The notes: generated from the letters alone by a model not told the origin. A stretch of 37,802 nucleotides of DNA from Candidatus Onthoplasma faecigallinarum (GCA_018715225.1 DVMB01000057.1:1-37802), one strand, 5' to 3'; counted from the stretch's first letter, positions 9,815-18,497 are shown. Made by a program: numbers and translations.

Positions 9815-10308
9815 TTTCTCCTTTTTTTGAACATTATAATATTTACCACAAAATATATAACAAACCAACCAATCAACAAGCCAATCATCCACCATAGATT
9901 AATTAAATCTTGGACAAATAATAACGTAATTAAACCAAAACCCAAAAATAATATAAAAAGTTTTATCTGCAATTTGTCCTTGAAGTATATTGCTGTAACA
10001 AGGCTAGCCAAAGCGACAGCAAATAGGTAATATGGCCAAAATTGATTGATGTCTAGATTGAATTGAGTCTGTCCAAAGTATAACACAAAATTCAAAATAC
10101 CGCAAATAAATAATGTTATACCTATGAACATACTGCTGTCTATTTTTAAAGAAAACGCACGAACAACGAGCAAAATGCCAATCAAAATCAACGAGACGGC
10201 AAAACTGATTCTAAAGAATGGAAAATTGATTGGTAACAAATCTAGTATAAAACATACGACATTTACCAACAACACTGAATAATAGAGAATCTTCGATTTT
10301 TTACCCAT
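9811..10308 (-). CDS. polytopic membrane protein (165 aa, ~5 TM)
   Basis: Hydrophobic throughout. It overlaps the lgt stop by 8 nt and the next gene's start by 4 nt, which suggests an lgt operon. Confidence 0.72.
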   Translation of the reverse strand: MGKKSKILYYSVLLVNVVCFILDLLPINFPFFRISFAVSLILIGILLVVRAFSLKIDSSMFIGITLFICGILNFVLYFGQTQFNLDINQFWPYYLFAVALASLVTAIYFKDKLQIKLFILFLGFGLITLLFVQDLINLWWMIGLLIGWFVIYFVVNIIMFKKRRK

Positions 10309-11149
10309 TGACTTTACCTGATTTCTTTTTGTACGTATTTATTAGCAATACGACCACCCCAGCGATGACCATTAGCATGCTCAACAATTGGGATACACGT
10401 ATACCACTCGAGCCTATGTACAGAGAGTCCGTTCGTAGCCCTTCAATAAACGCACGTCCTATTCCATACCAAATCAAATATGTGGCAGTGGTAGTCCCTG
10501 TAACCTTTGATTTGTAGTACACCCAAATCAGTATACCTACGCCAATAAAATTCCAAATACTCTCATAGAAGAATGTAGCCTGGAACCATGCGTTTTCACT
10601 CTCTATCCAAACAGCATACGGAAACCACTGCAAGTCTGGGTTGGTAACCATGTTCCCGTACGCTTCCTGATTGAAAAAATTGCCCCATCTACCCAATGAC
10701 TGTCCCAACAGCAAGCATGGAACGCATACATCGCAAATCACTCCTAAAATCTTGATGTTTTTTTTGATTAGGCAAAAGATAATTATGCCAATCAATCCAC
10801 CTATTACGCCACCATAAATTGCAAGCCCACCTTGACGTAAATTAAATAATTCCCAAAAAGAATAATCGTATTCATAAAAAAAACAATAATACAATCGTGC
10901 ACCAACCACCGCACATGGCAAGATTATGAGGGCAAGTAAAATGATGTCATCACTCTTTATTCCACGCTTTTTTGCAAGGAAGCACGCAAGAATAATGCCT
11001 ATCAACATAGCGACAGACATAATCAATCCATAAAATTTGATTTCAAACGAGCCAATATAAAAGCCATCAGGTGGAATATAGTACAAATTCATACTATCAT
11101 TATAGAAATAGCAAGCCAAAAAATCAAACAAATTTTTGATGTTTGTCAA
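10301..11149 (-). CDS. lgt: prolipoprotein diacylglyceryl transferase
   Basis: Lgt signatures QGGLAIYGGVIGG and LGRWGNFFNQEAYG in a polytopic membrane protein. The start is uncertain: TTG at 11149 or ATG at 11092, neither with a clear SD. Confidence 0.88.
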   Translation of the reverse strand: MTNIKNLFDFLACYFYNDSMNLYYIPPDGFYIGSFEIKFYGLIMSVAMLIGIILACFLAKKRGIKSDDIILLALIILPCAVVGARLYYCFFYEYDYSFWELFNLRQGGLAIYGGVIGGLIGIIIFCLIKKNIKILGVICDVCVPCLLLGQSLGRWGNFFNQEAYGNMVTNPDLQWFPYAVWIESENAWFQATFFYESIWNFIGVGILIWVYYKSKVTGTTTATYLIWYGIGRAFIEGLRTDSLYIGSSGIRVSQLLSMLMVIAGVVVLLINTYKKKSGKVNG

Positions 11150-11395
11150 TTAATTTAAAATCACATAAAAACTGCAAACATAAGACAATTTCCGCAACTT
11201 TTTGATAGAAATTTCAACGATTGAATACTATCAAAACAAGCATCATAGCTTAAAAAGTAGAAGCCAATAATGTAAATTAAGTATGTGTATGTGAAAATAT
11301 GTATAATACAAAATAGATATAAATAGATGTGAGAAATATAAATATAATATAATACTAAATTAACCTAATCAAATTAAAAAACATAAGTATATATT

Positions 11396-12661
11396 ATGAA
11401 ATATTTTGGAACGGACGGCATACGTGGTGTTGTGGATAAGACAATAGATAAAAAACTCATCAAGAAGATTTGTAATGCCATATTGATGTTTTATAAAAAA
11501 CACAAGTTAAACAATGTTCTGTTGGTTGGAAACGACTCTAGAATATCAAGTGATTACATATTATCCAATATAGAATCTAGTTTGCTAAACCACGGCATAC
11601 AGGTCGACAATATCGGCATATGCTCCAGCCCTTGCCTAGCGTATCTATGCAAAAAATACAAATACCCGCTAGCCATGATGATAAGTGCATCGCATAATAG
11701 TTGGGAATACAACGGCATAAAATTTTTCAATTCGAAAGGCGAAAAATTGAGCGAAAAATACGAGCAAGAATTTGAATCATTTATGGACTTACCCGCACGA
11801 AGACACAAAGTCAAATATGCACTGAGAAAAAATGTGGAAAACTTCAAGTACGACTACATTTCCATGCTGAAGAGATTAAAACGCTTTGACTTTCCGTGCA
11901 TAATTGACTGTGCATGTGGAGGTGCTAGCGAAATTGTCAAATCTGTTTTCAAAAGGCAATTCGTCATCAACTCGAACTTCAACGGATACAACATCAACGA
12001 AAATTCGGGCTGTACGAATATTGATCTATTAAAATTTATGTGCGTCAAAAATCATCTGTGTGGATTCGCAATTGATGGCGACGGCGACAGATTGAACATC
12101 GTCGATGAAAAAGGAAATATAATTTCGGGAGACAAAATACTCTTCATCCTCTCAAAATTTTTTCAAAAATCAAATGATATTTTAGTGGGAACAAAATATA
12201 CAAATTTGGGATTGGAAAACGCCCTTAACAAGCGAAATATAAAATTGCTTCGTGCGGACGTTGGAGACAAAAAGGTATATCACATGATGAAAGAATATTC
12301 GTCCACCCTGGGAGGCGAAAATTCTGGACACATAATAATAAAACACCACACGAGTACGGGAGACGGAATCCTTACGGCAATCATAATATGTAACATCATA
12401 GAAATCACAAATCTCACTTTTGATGAATTGCTATCTGGCTATCACGAATATCATCAAGAATTTCTAAATCTAAAATTGGACACAACTTTTAGCCTGAATG
12501 AAGATATGAAATGTCTTATCAACAAATACGAAACGGACGGAGCACGAATCGTCATTCGCCCAAGTGGAACTGAACCAGTTCTACGCATCATGGTTGAACA
12601 TAAAGATGAAAAAAGTGCAAAAAATATCATAAATCACATAAAAAACTTGATAAAAACTTAA
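11396..12661 (+). CDS. glmM: alpha-D-phosphohexomutase, phosphoglucosamine-mutase-like
   Basis: MKYFGTDGIRG N-terminus, phosphoserine loop ISASHNSWEYNGIKFF, metal loop FAIDGDGDR, sugar loop GGENSGH. The phosphoserine loop deviates from the canonical SHNP..DNG (see findings). Confidence 0.72.
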   Translation: MKYFGTDGIRGVVDKTIDKKLIKKICNAILMFYKKHKLNNVLLVGNDSRISSDYILSNIESSLLNHGIQVDNIGICSSPCLAYLCKKYKYPLAMMISASHNSWEYNGIKFFNSKGEKLSEKYEQEFESFMDLPARRHKVKYALRKNVENFKYDYISMLKRLKRFDFPCIIDCACGGASEIVKSVFKRQFVINSNFNGYNINENSGCTNIDLLKFMCVKNHLCGFAIDGDGDRLNIVDEKGNIISGDKILFILSKFFQKSNDILVGTKYTNLGLENALNKRNIKLLRADVGDKKVYHMMKEYSSTLGGENSGHIIIKHHTSTGDGILTAIIICNIIEITNLTFDELLSGYHEYHQEFLNLKLDTTFSLNEDMKCLINKYETDGARIVIRPSGTEPVLRIMVEHKDEKSAKNIINHIKNLIKT

Positions 12662-12744
12662 AAATTTTCGACTTTTTAAATAATTTTTAAAATTTTTCGT
12701 GAGTTTTAAATTTGCCTAGAAATAATTTAAACTTTCATATTTAA

Positions 12745-12773
12745 TTGCAAAACAAAAACAAATTTGCTATCAT
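12745..12773 (+). promoter_or_regulatory. sigma-A promoter for ung, predicting a leaderless mRNA
   Basis: TTGCAA (12745-12750), a 17-nt spacer, then TGc-TATCAT (12765-12773). The ung ATG starts 7 nt after the -10 and there is no SD. Confidence 0.5.
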
Positions 12774-12779
12774 ATCTAT

Positions 12780-13445
12780 ATGAAATATGTATTAAACAGC
12801 GATTGGAGCGAAGCGTTAAAAAATCGTTTTAAAATCGAATACAAAAGAGAACTTTTTTCTTGGTTGGAGAATGAATACGCACACAAAAACATATTCCCGC
12901 CAAAAGAAAAAATTTTTAATGCACTCAATCTTGTACCTATAAAAGATGTCAAAGTGGTCATAATTGGGCAAGACCCCTACCATACTCGTGGACAGGCAGA
13001 TGGGTTGGCTTTCAGTTGCCACAATGGTACCACACAGCCTAGTCTAAAGAATATCTTCAAAGAGATCTCTAGTGACTTAAACATCAGCATGTCAAATAGT
13101 ACAGACTTGACCCCGTGGGCAAAACAAGGTGTGTTGCTACTGAACACAAGTCTCACTGTAATTGAGCACCAGCCAGCCTCGCATTCTAATGAATTGTGGC
13201 ACACTTTCACTCGTGAAATAGTGAAGATTCTAAACGAATTGGATCAGCCAATAGTCTTTATGTTATGGGGAAATCATGCCAAATCATTTATCCCATTGCT
13301 GACTAATCCACATCATCTAATCTTGACCGCCGCCCACCCTAGCCCATTTTCTGCACATTCTGGCTTCTTTGGATGCCGTCATTTTAGCAAATGTAACGAG
13401 TTTTTATCTGCTCACAACCTCAACCCAATTGATTGGAAAATTTAA
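12780..13445 (+). CDS. ung: uracil-DNA glycosylase, family 1
   Basis: GQDPYH water-activating loop and HPSPFSA His loop; 221 aa. Confidence 0.93.
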   Translation: MKYVLNSDWSEALKNRFKIEYKRELFSWLENEYAHKNIFPPKEKIFNALNLVPIKDVKVVIIGQDPYHTRGQADGLAFSCHNGTTQPSLKNIFKEISSDLNISMSNSTDLTPWAKQGVLLLNTSLTVIEHQPASHSNELWHTFTREIVKILNELDQPIVFMLWGNHAKSFIPLLTNPHHLILTAAHPSPFSAHSGFFGCRHFSKCNEFLSAHNLNPIDWKI

Positions 13446-13626
13446 AACAACTTAAAAATTTGTTTGTTTGTATTATTTGACTATAAGCACCTCTAAAGCA
13501 TTTTTTATATTTATATACCTTTTGTTATCTTATTGTTATCTTATCTTGTTTTATTATACTTTATATAGTGCAGATATCATCTTGATACTTAATATTGATA
13601 AAAATCAAATCTACATAATTAAATGA

Positions 13627-13655
13627 TTGACTTTTGTATAGATAGATGCTAATAT
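13627..13655 (+). promoter_or_regulatory. sigma-A promoter of the ileS-upstream mini-transcription unit
   Basis: TTGACT (13627-13632), a 17-nt spacer, then TAATAT (13650-13655). The ATG of the mini-ORF begins 7 nt after the -10. Confidence 0.5.
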
Positions 13656-13661
13656 AAACTT

Positions 13662-13715
13662 ATGAGTTTTAGTACAATAATTATCGGCAAAATTATTATA
13701 TCATCAAAGTTTTGA
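13662..13715 (+). CDS. 17-codon Ile-rich mini-ORF (MSFSTIIIGKIIISSKF), possible leader peptide
   Basis: ATG AGT TTT AGT ACA ATA ATT ATC GGC AAA ATT ATT ATA TCA TCA AAG TTT TGA. Six of 17 codons are Ile, in two triplets. The stop lies 2 nt before the terminator stem. No SD, consistent with a leaderless start. Too short for the ORF track. Confidence 0.3.
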   Translation: MSFSTIIIGKIIISSKF

Positions 13716-13717
13716 TG

Positions 13718-13766
13718 AGCGTTTTGCTGTGAATATTGTGAATGTCAGCAAACGCTGGCATTTTTT
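13718..13766 (+). terminator. intrinsic terminator / attenuator upstream of ileS
   Basis: AGCGTTTTGCTG - 16-nt loop - CAGCAAACGCT gives an 11-bp stem with one bulged T, followed by ggcaTTTTTT. The U-tract starts 4 nt after the stem. Confidence 0.55.
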
Positions 13767-13776
13767 AAAAATCATT

Positions 13777-13804
13777 TTGAAAAGAAATTTCTATTTGATA
13801 TAAT
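13777..13804 (+). promoter_or_regulatory. sigma-A promoter proximal to ileS
   Basis: TTGAAA (13777-13782), a 16-nt spacer, then TGa-TATAAT (13796-13804). An AAGGAG RBS precedes the ATG at 13828. Confidence 0.55.
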
Positions 13805-13827
13805 CAATAAGAATTTAAGGAGACTTT

Positions 13828-16800
13828 ATGAAAAAAGAAAACGCCAATCTAAACTATGTTGCCATGGAAGAAGAAATCTTAAAATTTTGGCAAGATAACG
13901 ACATCTTCGAAAAAATGAAAGCCAAGAACAAAAAAACAGGCAAATACTTTTCAACCCTGGACGGACCTATTACCGCCAATTACGACATGGGGCTTCATCA
14001 CGCATATGCGAGGACCTTCAAGGACGCTATGATAAAATTTGCCGCCATGTGTGGAAATGATGAGCATTATCAAAACGGATTTGATGCCCATGGCTTACCG
14101 GTAGAAAAAAAGGTCGAGGAAGCGCTCGGTCTAGACAGCAAAAAAGACATAGAAAAATATGGTATAGACAAATTCGTCAAGGCTTGTATGGACTCTGTTC
14201 AAAAATATTCTGCTTCGCAAACTAAATCTTCTATCCGTTTAGGTCAATGGATGAATTGGGACGACAGTTATTACACAAACAGCGATGACAACATCACTGC
14301 AATTTGGTATTTCTTGAAAAAATGTCATGAAAAGAATTGGATACAATTATCCCACCGCCCTATGCCATGGTGTACCAGATGTGGAACAAGTATCGCCGAA
14401 AACGATATGTCGGGCGATGATGTATATCGTGATGACACTTGCCAAGCAATATTCTTTAAATGTCCTATAAAGGACAGCAACAACGACATCTTGGTTTGGA
14501 CCACTACTCCATGGACGTTGTGTGCCAATGTGGCGGTGGCGGTCAACCCTGAATTTGATTATTCCATCGTGAAGATCAAGTCCAGTAAAAGAAACCTTAT
14601 AGTTATGTCGAGTTTGATTAAAGTCCTAAAAGACGATGTAGTAGAAGTCGTAAAGACCATTAAAGGTAGCGAACTCGTAGGGCTAACTTATGAGACTTGC
14701 TTCCCTGAACTAGACGAGCAACAATTTGAACACAAAATCGTTGCTTGGGATCTCGTCGACGCTACAGAAGGCGCTGGTGCTGTCCATATTGCTCCAGGGT
14801 GTGGTGAAAGTGATTACGAATTAGGAAAAACGATTGGCTTAAAAAATATTGTCCCTATAGATGAGGCAGGCATATTTTACCCTAACTTTGGCGTTTTGGC
14901 AGGTAAAAATGCGAATGCTGACGAGACTAGAGATTTCATCTTCGACATACTAAAACAGCGTGGAAAAGTGTATTACACTCACAAATATACGCACCGCTAT
15001 CCGCATTGTCATAGATGCAAACGCCCATTAGTCTATAGACTTATCTCACAATGGGTAATAAAGATGGACGAAATACGACCAGATTTAATCAACGCCATAG
15101 AGGACGTTGAGTTCCAGCCAGATTTTATGAAAAAACGTATGCTGGACTGGCTAAACAATATGGGAGATTGGTCTATCAGTCGAAATAGATACTATGGACT
15201 ACCTTTGCCATTCTATCCTTGCAAAAAATGTGGAAAATTGACTGTCGTAGGCTCTTTAGATGAGTTAAGGACATTGTCTAGCAAAGAAGAAGTGGACGCT
15301 CTACCTCATATACATCGACCTTATATTGACAAAATTAAAATTCGTTGTCCACATTGTGGAGAATTAGTCGAAAGGATCAAAGAAGTTGGAGATGCCTGGT
15401 TGGACGCAGGTATCACACCATTTAGCACAAACAAATATTTTACTGACAAGAAGTTTTTTGAAAAGAATTTTCCTGCAGAATGTGTCATAGAGGGTAAAGA
15501 ACAGATTAGGTTATGGTTCTACTCTCTTCTAGTCATGAGTATTGTCATGGTGGGCAAGGCTCCATACAAAAAGATTGCCACCACCCCTATGCTACTCGCT
15601 CAGGATGGTAAAAAATTATCAAAATCTAGTCCAAACAACATTCCGCTAAACGAAGCATTCAAAGACATCGGTGCGGATATTATTAGATACAATTTTGTCG
15701 CTACCCCACTCAACAACGACGTCAAATTCGGTAGAGATACTTGCGATGAAGTGAAAAGAAAACTTTTAGGTCTATGGAACGCATACATCTTCTTGAACAC
15801 ATATGCCTATATTGACAAGCCTGATTTGACGAATTATAAACCAAACGAAAACGACCTAAGTTTCATAGACAAATGGCTGATAAACCGTGTCAACGAATTT
15901 AGCACAAACTCGTATGAAGGATATTCTCATCAAAATTTTGGTGCGGTTGCAAAAGATTTTGAAAATCTTGTAGACGAATTGACCAACTGGTATATAAGAA
16001 ACAATAGGCGAAGATTTTACAAGAGTGAAAACAATCTAGACACTCAAAACGCATATTTCTGCCTACATTATGCCATCAAAAATATTTGTATGGTAATGTT
16101 CCCAATTATTCCATTCATCAGCGAGTACTTGTGGCAAAATGCGGTAAGAGCACTAGACAAAAACGCACCTGAAAGTGTGTCTATAAATGGCTACATGCTA
16201 AATGAATATGCGGTAAAGGACACGGGTCTCACACACAAAACCGACATTGTACGAAACATCTTCACTCTCACTAGCAAATTGAGAAACGAAAATCAAATAA
16301 AAGTAAAACAACCCCTGAAAACTCTTTATATCAATGGAAATAAAGATGTTGCCGAGGCTGTAAAAATTTACAAAGACATCATAGAAAACGAATTGAATAT
16401 TAAAAATATAGTCATGGAGCATGACAATTCAAAATTCAATATTGAATACTTGTCTCTAGATTTCCGTAAAGCAGGAGCGGTGCTGAAAGGAGATGTACAA
16501 AAGGTCAAAAATTACTTATCTCAAGCAGATGAACTAGAAATGCAGAAAATGGTTGATGAGTATAAGCACGGAAGCGTCAATGTGAGAGAATTCAAAAACT
16601 TATCTAGTGAATTATTCATAATATCTACTAAACCAAAACAAGAATACGTCATAGCAAACGATGGCGACATTACAGTCGTTTTGGATATAACGATAGATAG
16701 AGAATTGATGCTAGAGGGCTTGTCTCGTGAATTGATACGTTCTGCCCAAGTGTTGAGAAAAGAGGCAAAATTCAACGTTGATGATAGAATATATATCGAA

Positions 16801-16965
16801 TTCGTTACAACGAGCAAGGACCTAAACGAAATCATCAGCAAATATCAAAACAAGATTAAAAACGAATTATTGGCTCTAGACATTACGAAAATAGATTCTC
16901 CAGAAATTGAGCAAGAATGTGAAATAGCGGACGAAAAGATCACTATAAAGATGAGAAGAAAATAA
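13828..16965 (+). CDS. ileS: isoleucine--tRNA ligase (long, type-2-like, 1045 aa)
   Basis: Class I synthetase. The HIGH region reads GLHHAYAR and KMSKS reads KLSKS. There are zinc-ribbon CxxC pairs (CTRCG; CHRCK; CKKCG; CPHCG) and an IleS-typical WTTTPWTL editing-domain motif. Confidence 0.93.
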   Translation: MKKENANLNYVAMEEEILKFWQDNDIFEKMKAKNKKTGKYFSTLDGPITANYDMGLHHAYARTFKDAMIKFAAMCGNDEHYQNGFDAHGLPVEKKVEEALGLDSKKDIEKYGIDKFVKACMDSVQKYSASQTKSSIRLGQWMNWDDSYYTNSDDNITAIWYFLKKCHEKNWIQLSHRPMPWCTRCGTSIAENDMSGDDVYRDDTCQAIFFKCPIKDSNNDILVWTTTPWTLCANVAVAVNPEFDYSIVKIKSSKRNLIVMSSLIKVLKDDVVEVVKTIKGSELVGLTYETCFPELDEQQFEHKIVAWDLVDATEGAGAVHIAPGCGESDYELGKTIGLKNIVPIDEAGIFYPNFGVLAGKNANADETRDFIFDILKQRGKVYYTHKYTHRYPHCHRCKRPLVYRLISQWVIKMDEIRPDLINAIEDVEFQPDFMKKRMLDWLNNMGDWSISRNRYYGLPLPFYPCKKCGKLTVVGSLDELRTLSSKEEVDALPHIHRPYIDKIKIRCPHCGELVERIKEVGDAWLDAGITPFSTNKYFTDKKFFEKNFPAECVIEGKEQIRLWFYSLLVMSIVMVGKAPYKKIATTPMLLAQDGKKLSKSSPNNIPLNEAFKDIGADIIRYNFVATPLNNDVKFGRDTCDEVKRKLLGLWNAYIFLNTYAYIDKPDLTNYKPNENDLSFIDKWLINRVNEFSTNSYEGYSHQNFGAVAKDFENLVDELTNWYIRNNRRRFYKSENNLDTQNAYFCLHYAIKNICMVMFPIIPFISEYLWQNAVRALDKNAPESVSINGYMLNEYAVKDTGLTHKTDIVRNIFTLTSKLRNENQIKVKQPLKTLYINGNKDVAEAVKIYKDIIENELNIKNIVMEHDNSKFNIEYLSLDFRKAGAVLKGDVQKVKNYLSQADELEMQKMVDEYKHGSVNVREFKNLSSELFIISTKPKQEYVIANDGDITVVLDITIDRELMLEGLSRELIRSAQVLRKEAKFNVDDRIYIEFVTTSKDLNEIISKYQNKIKNELLALDITKIDSPEIEQECEIADEKITIKMRRK

Positions 16966-17018
16966 AACGCTAAAAGAAAACAATTTTCTTACGAAATTAT
17001 GTTTTGTTGCTAACACAA

Positions 17019-17050
17019 TAAAAAAGACCGAAATTTATCGGTCTTTTTTT
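17019..17050. terminator. bidirectional intrinsic terminator between ileS and the convergent 141-aa gene
   Basis: AAAAA-GACCGA-aattta-TCGGTC-TTTTTTT. Confidence 0.8.
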
Positions 17051-17474
17051 ATCCTTGCAATAACCCGTCAGCACTATGTTGAGACTCTGTGTCATGAAGA
17101 GCATTCCCATCGTGCGACAATTTCTTCATAAGTTTTCTTTTTTGATTCAACTCTTTTACAAATCTTCTATGCATCGCCCAAAAGCCTACTATATCTTTTT
17201 GTGTGAAATGTTTAGATGTTCCATTTTTTATTTTTTCGATTTGATAGTCGAAATAAATTTTTGCATAATTGTCCATCACAATGCCATTTTCTTCAGTGAA
17301 GAAATCGTCTGGAAGGTCATAGAAAAATTCAAAACCTCTCTTGTAATTTATATGATATTTCAAAAAGTCATTAAAAGCGTTGATGATCGCCCGCCTCAAC
17401 TGCTCTTGATTAAGTGTCTGGTCTTCAATCTTTAACGAAACTTTCTTTTGGTCTTTTGTAATAATCTTTTTCAT
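17049..17474 (-). CDS. hypothetical protein (141 aa)
   Basis: GGAGAG RBS. No motif I recognise. Stop-start spacing of 18 nt to acpS upstream. Confidence 0.65.
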   Translation of the reverse strand: MKKIITKDQKKVSLKIEDQTLNQEQLRRAIINAFNDFLKYHINYKRGFEFFYDLPDDFFTEENGIVMDNYAKIYFDYQIEKIKNGTSKHFTQKDIVGFWAMHRRFVKELNQKRKLMKKLSHDGNALHDTESQHSADGLLQG

Positions 17475-17492
17475 ACTTCTCTCCTCTGTATC

Positions 17493-17837
17493 CTATTCAA
17501 CCAACACAACAGCGACTGCATAGTCCTTACAATGTGAAATACTGACTTCAATCTTGTTGGCGAAATGATCACGTATAATCTCATTGATATATGGAGTGCG
17601 ATTGATGTATGGCTTCCCATTTTCATTGTGCAAGATTTCCACTTTTGAAAAGATAATCCTATCATCGTCCAATGCTTTCACAAACGCTTCTTTGACGCAA
17701 TAAAATCCACAAAATCTCTCTAGATAATTTTCGTACGAACGAGCATATGCGATTTCATTATTTGTAAATATGCGTTTGTATCCCTCGTCTGTCCAATGTT
17801 CAAAGCGGTTAATCTTCTCAATATCTATGCCTATCAT
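17493..17837 (-). CDS. acpS: holo-[acyl-carrier-protein] synthase
   Basis: MIGIDIEKINRF... and ...ISHCKDYAVAVVLVE are typical AcpS termini. Start set at 17837 (114 aa) because an extended -10 lies exactly 7 nt upstream. Confidence 0.82.
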   Translation of the reverse strand: MIGIDIEKINRFEHWTDEGYKRIFTNNEIAYARSYENYLERFCGFYCVKEAFVKALDDDRIIFSKVEILHNENGKPYINRTPYINEIIRDHFANKIEVSISHCKDYAVAVVLVE

Positions 17838-17843
17838 ATTTTC

Positions 17844-17872
17844 ATTATAACACATTATTTTATTTTTGCTAA
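17844..17872 (-). promoter_or_regulatory. extended -10 promoter for acpS, predicting a leaderless mRNA
   Basis: Minus strand reads TTAGCA (17872-17867), a 17-nt spacer, then TGt-TATAAT (17852-17844), gaaaat, ATG. No SD. Confidence 0.45.
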
Positions 17873-17894
17873 ACATTTTTGTAAATTTTTGAAA

Positions 17895-18491
17895 TTAATT
17901 CGAGATTAAATCTACCATAACATTTTTAATCGTCTCCCACATAAACCCTTGGCTGTACAAATGCCTATTTAACTTATCCATCACGGCTTCGTCAATAGGT
18001 TTTGATTTCAAAAATTTTCTTCCACTATTTAGGCACGCTTCGTATTCGTCCACCTCACTTAACAACTCATCAATAGTTGAACTATTGACACCAAATGAAA
18101 TCAACTTTTGCTTCAACTTCATCTTGCTGAAATTCGGGTTACTGCGTATATACATGGTGGCAAAATTTTTATCGTCAATGATGTTGTAATCTTTCAATTT
18201 GTTGATTGTTAAATCAATGACTACGTCTTCAAAATTTTTCTTTTTTAAATAGTCCCTAACCTGCCTCATAGTCTTTATGGAAGCATTCAAATATTTTACA
18301 CATAAATTGAATGCTATTATCTGCGAACTATCCAAAGTGGCTTCAACAAATTTTTCGTCATCATACTGTCCCTTGGCTATCGAAAATTTCACGATCGAGT
18401 CGCTATGCAAAGTATATTCTCCCCCGTCTGTCTTCACAAGAAAAACGTTTGGGTTATTTTTTGATTTTAGAGTTATTTCCAATATTTCCAT
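17895..18491 (-). CDS. recX: recombination regulator RecX
   Basis: 198 aa of helical repeats. MRQVRDYLKKKNFEDVVIDLTINKLKDYNIIDDKNFATMYIRS matches the RecX repeat pattern (...L..KG....I...I..L...G.lnD..fA..y...). Confidence 0.75.
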   Translation of the reverse strand: MEILEITLKSKNNPNVFLVKTDGGEYTLHSDSIVKFSIAKGQYDDEKFVEATLDSSQIIAFNLCVKYLNASIKTMRQVRDYLKKKNFEDVVIDLTINKLKDYNIIDDKNFATMYIRSNPNFSKMKLKQKLISFGVNSSTIDELLSEVDEYEACLNSGRKFLKSKPIDEAVMDKLNRHLYSQGFMWETIKNVMVDLISN

Positions 18492-18497
18492 AAATAT

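Noticed and set aside
13522-13543. Tandem 11-mer TTGTTATCTTA x2 upstream of the ileS leader promoter
   Set aside because: It is real, but short and AT-rich, with no obvious relation to a promoter or ORF. It is most likely slippage noise in intergenic DNA.
13446-13827. T-box riboswitch upstream of ileS
   Set aside because: This was expected for a Firmicute ileS. I could find no T-box consensus block (AATTAGGGTGGTACCGCG-like), no stem I/specifier architecture, and the transcribed leader is too short (~100 nt). A covariance-model scan is still needed to be sure.
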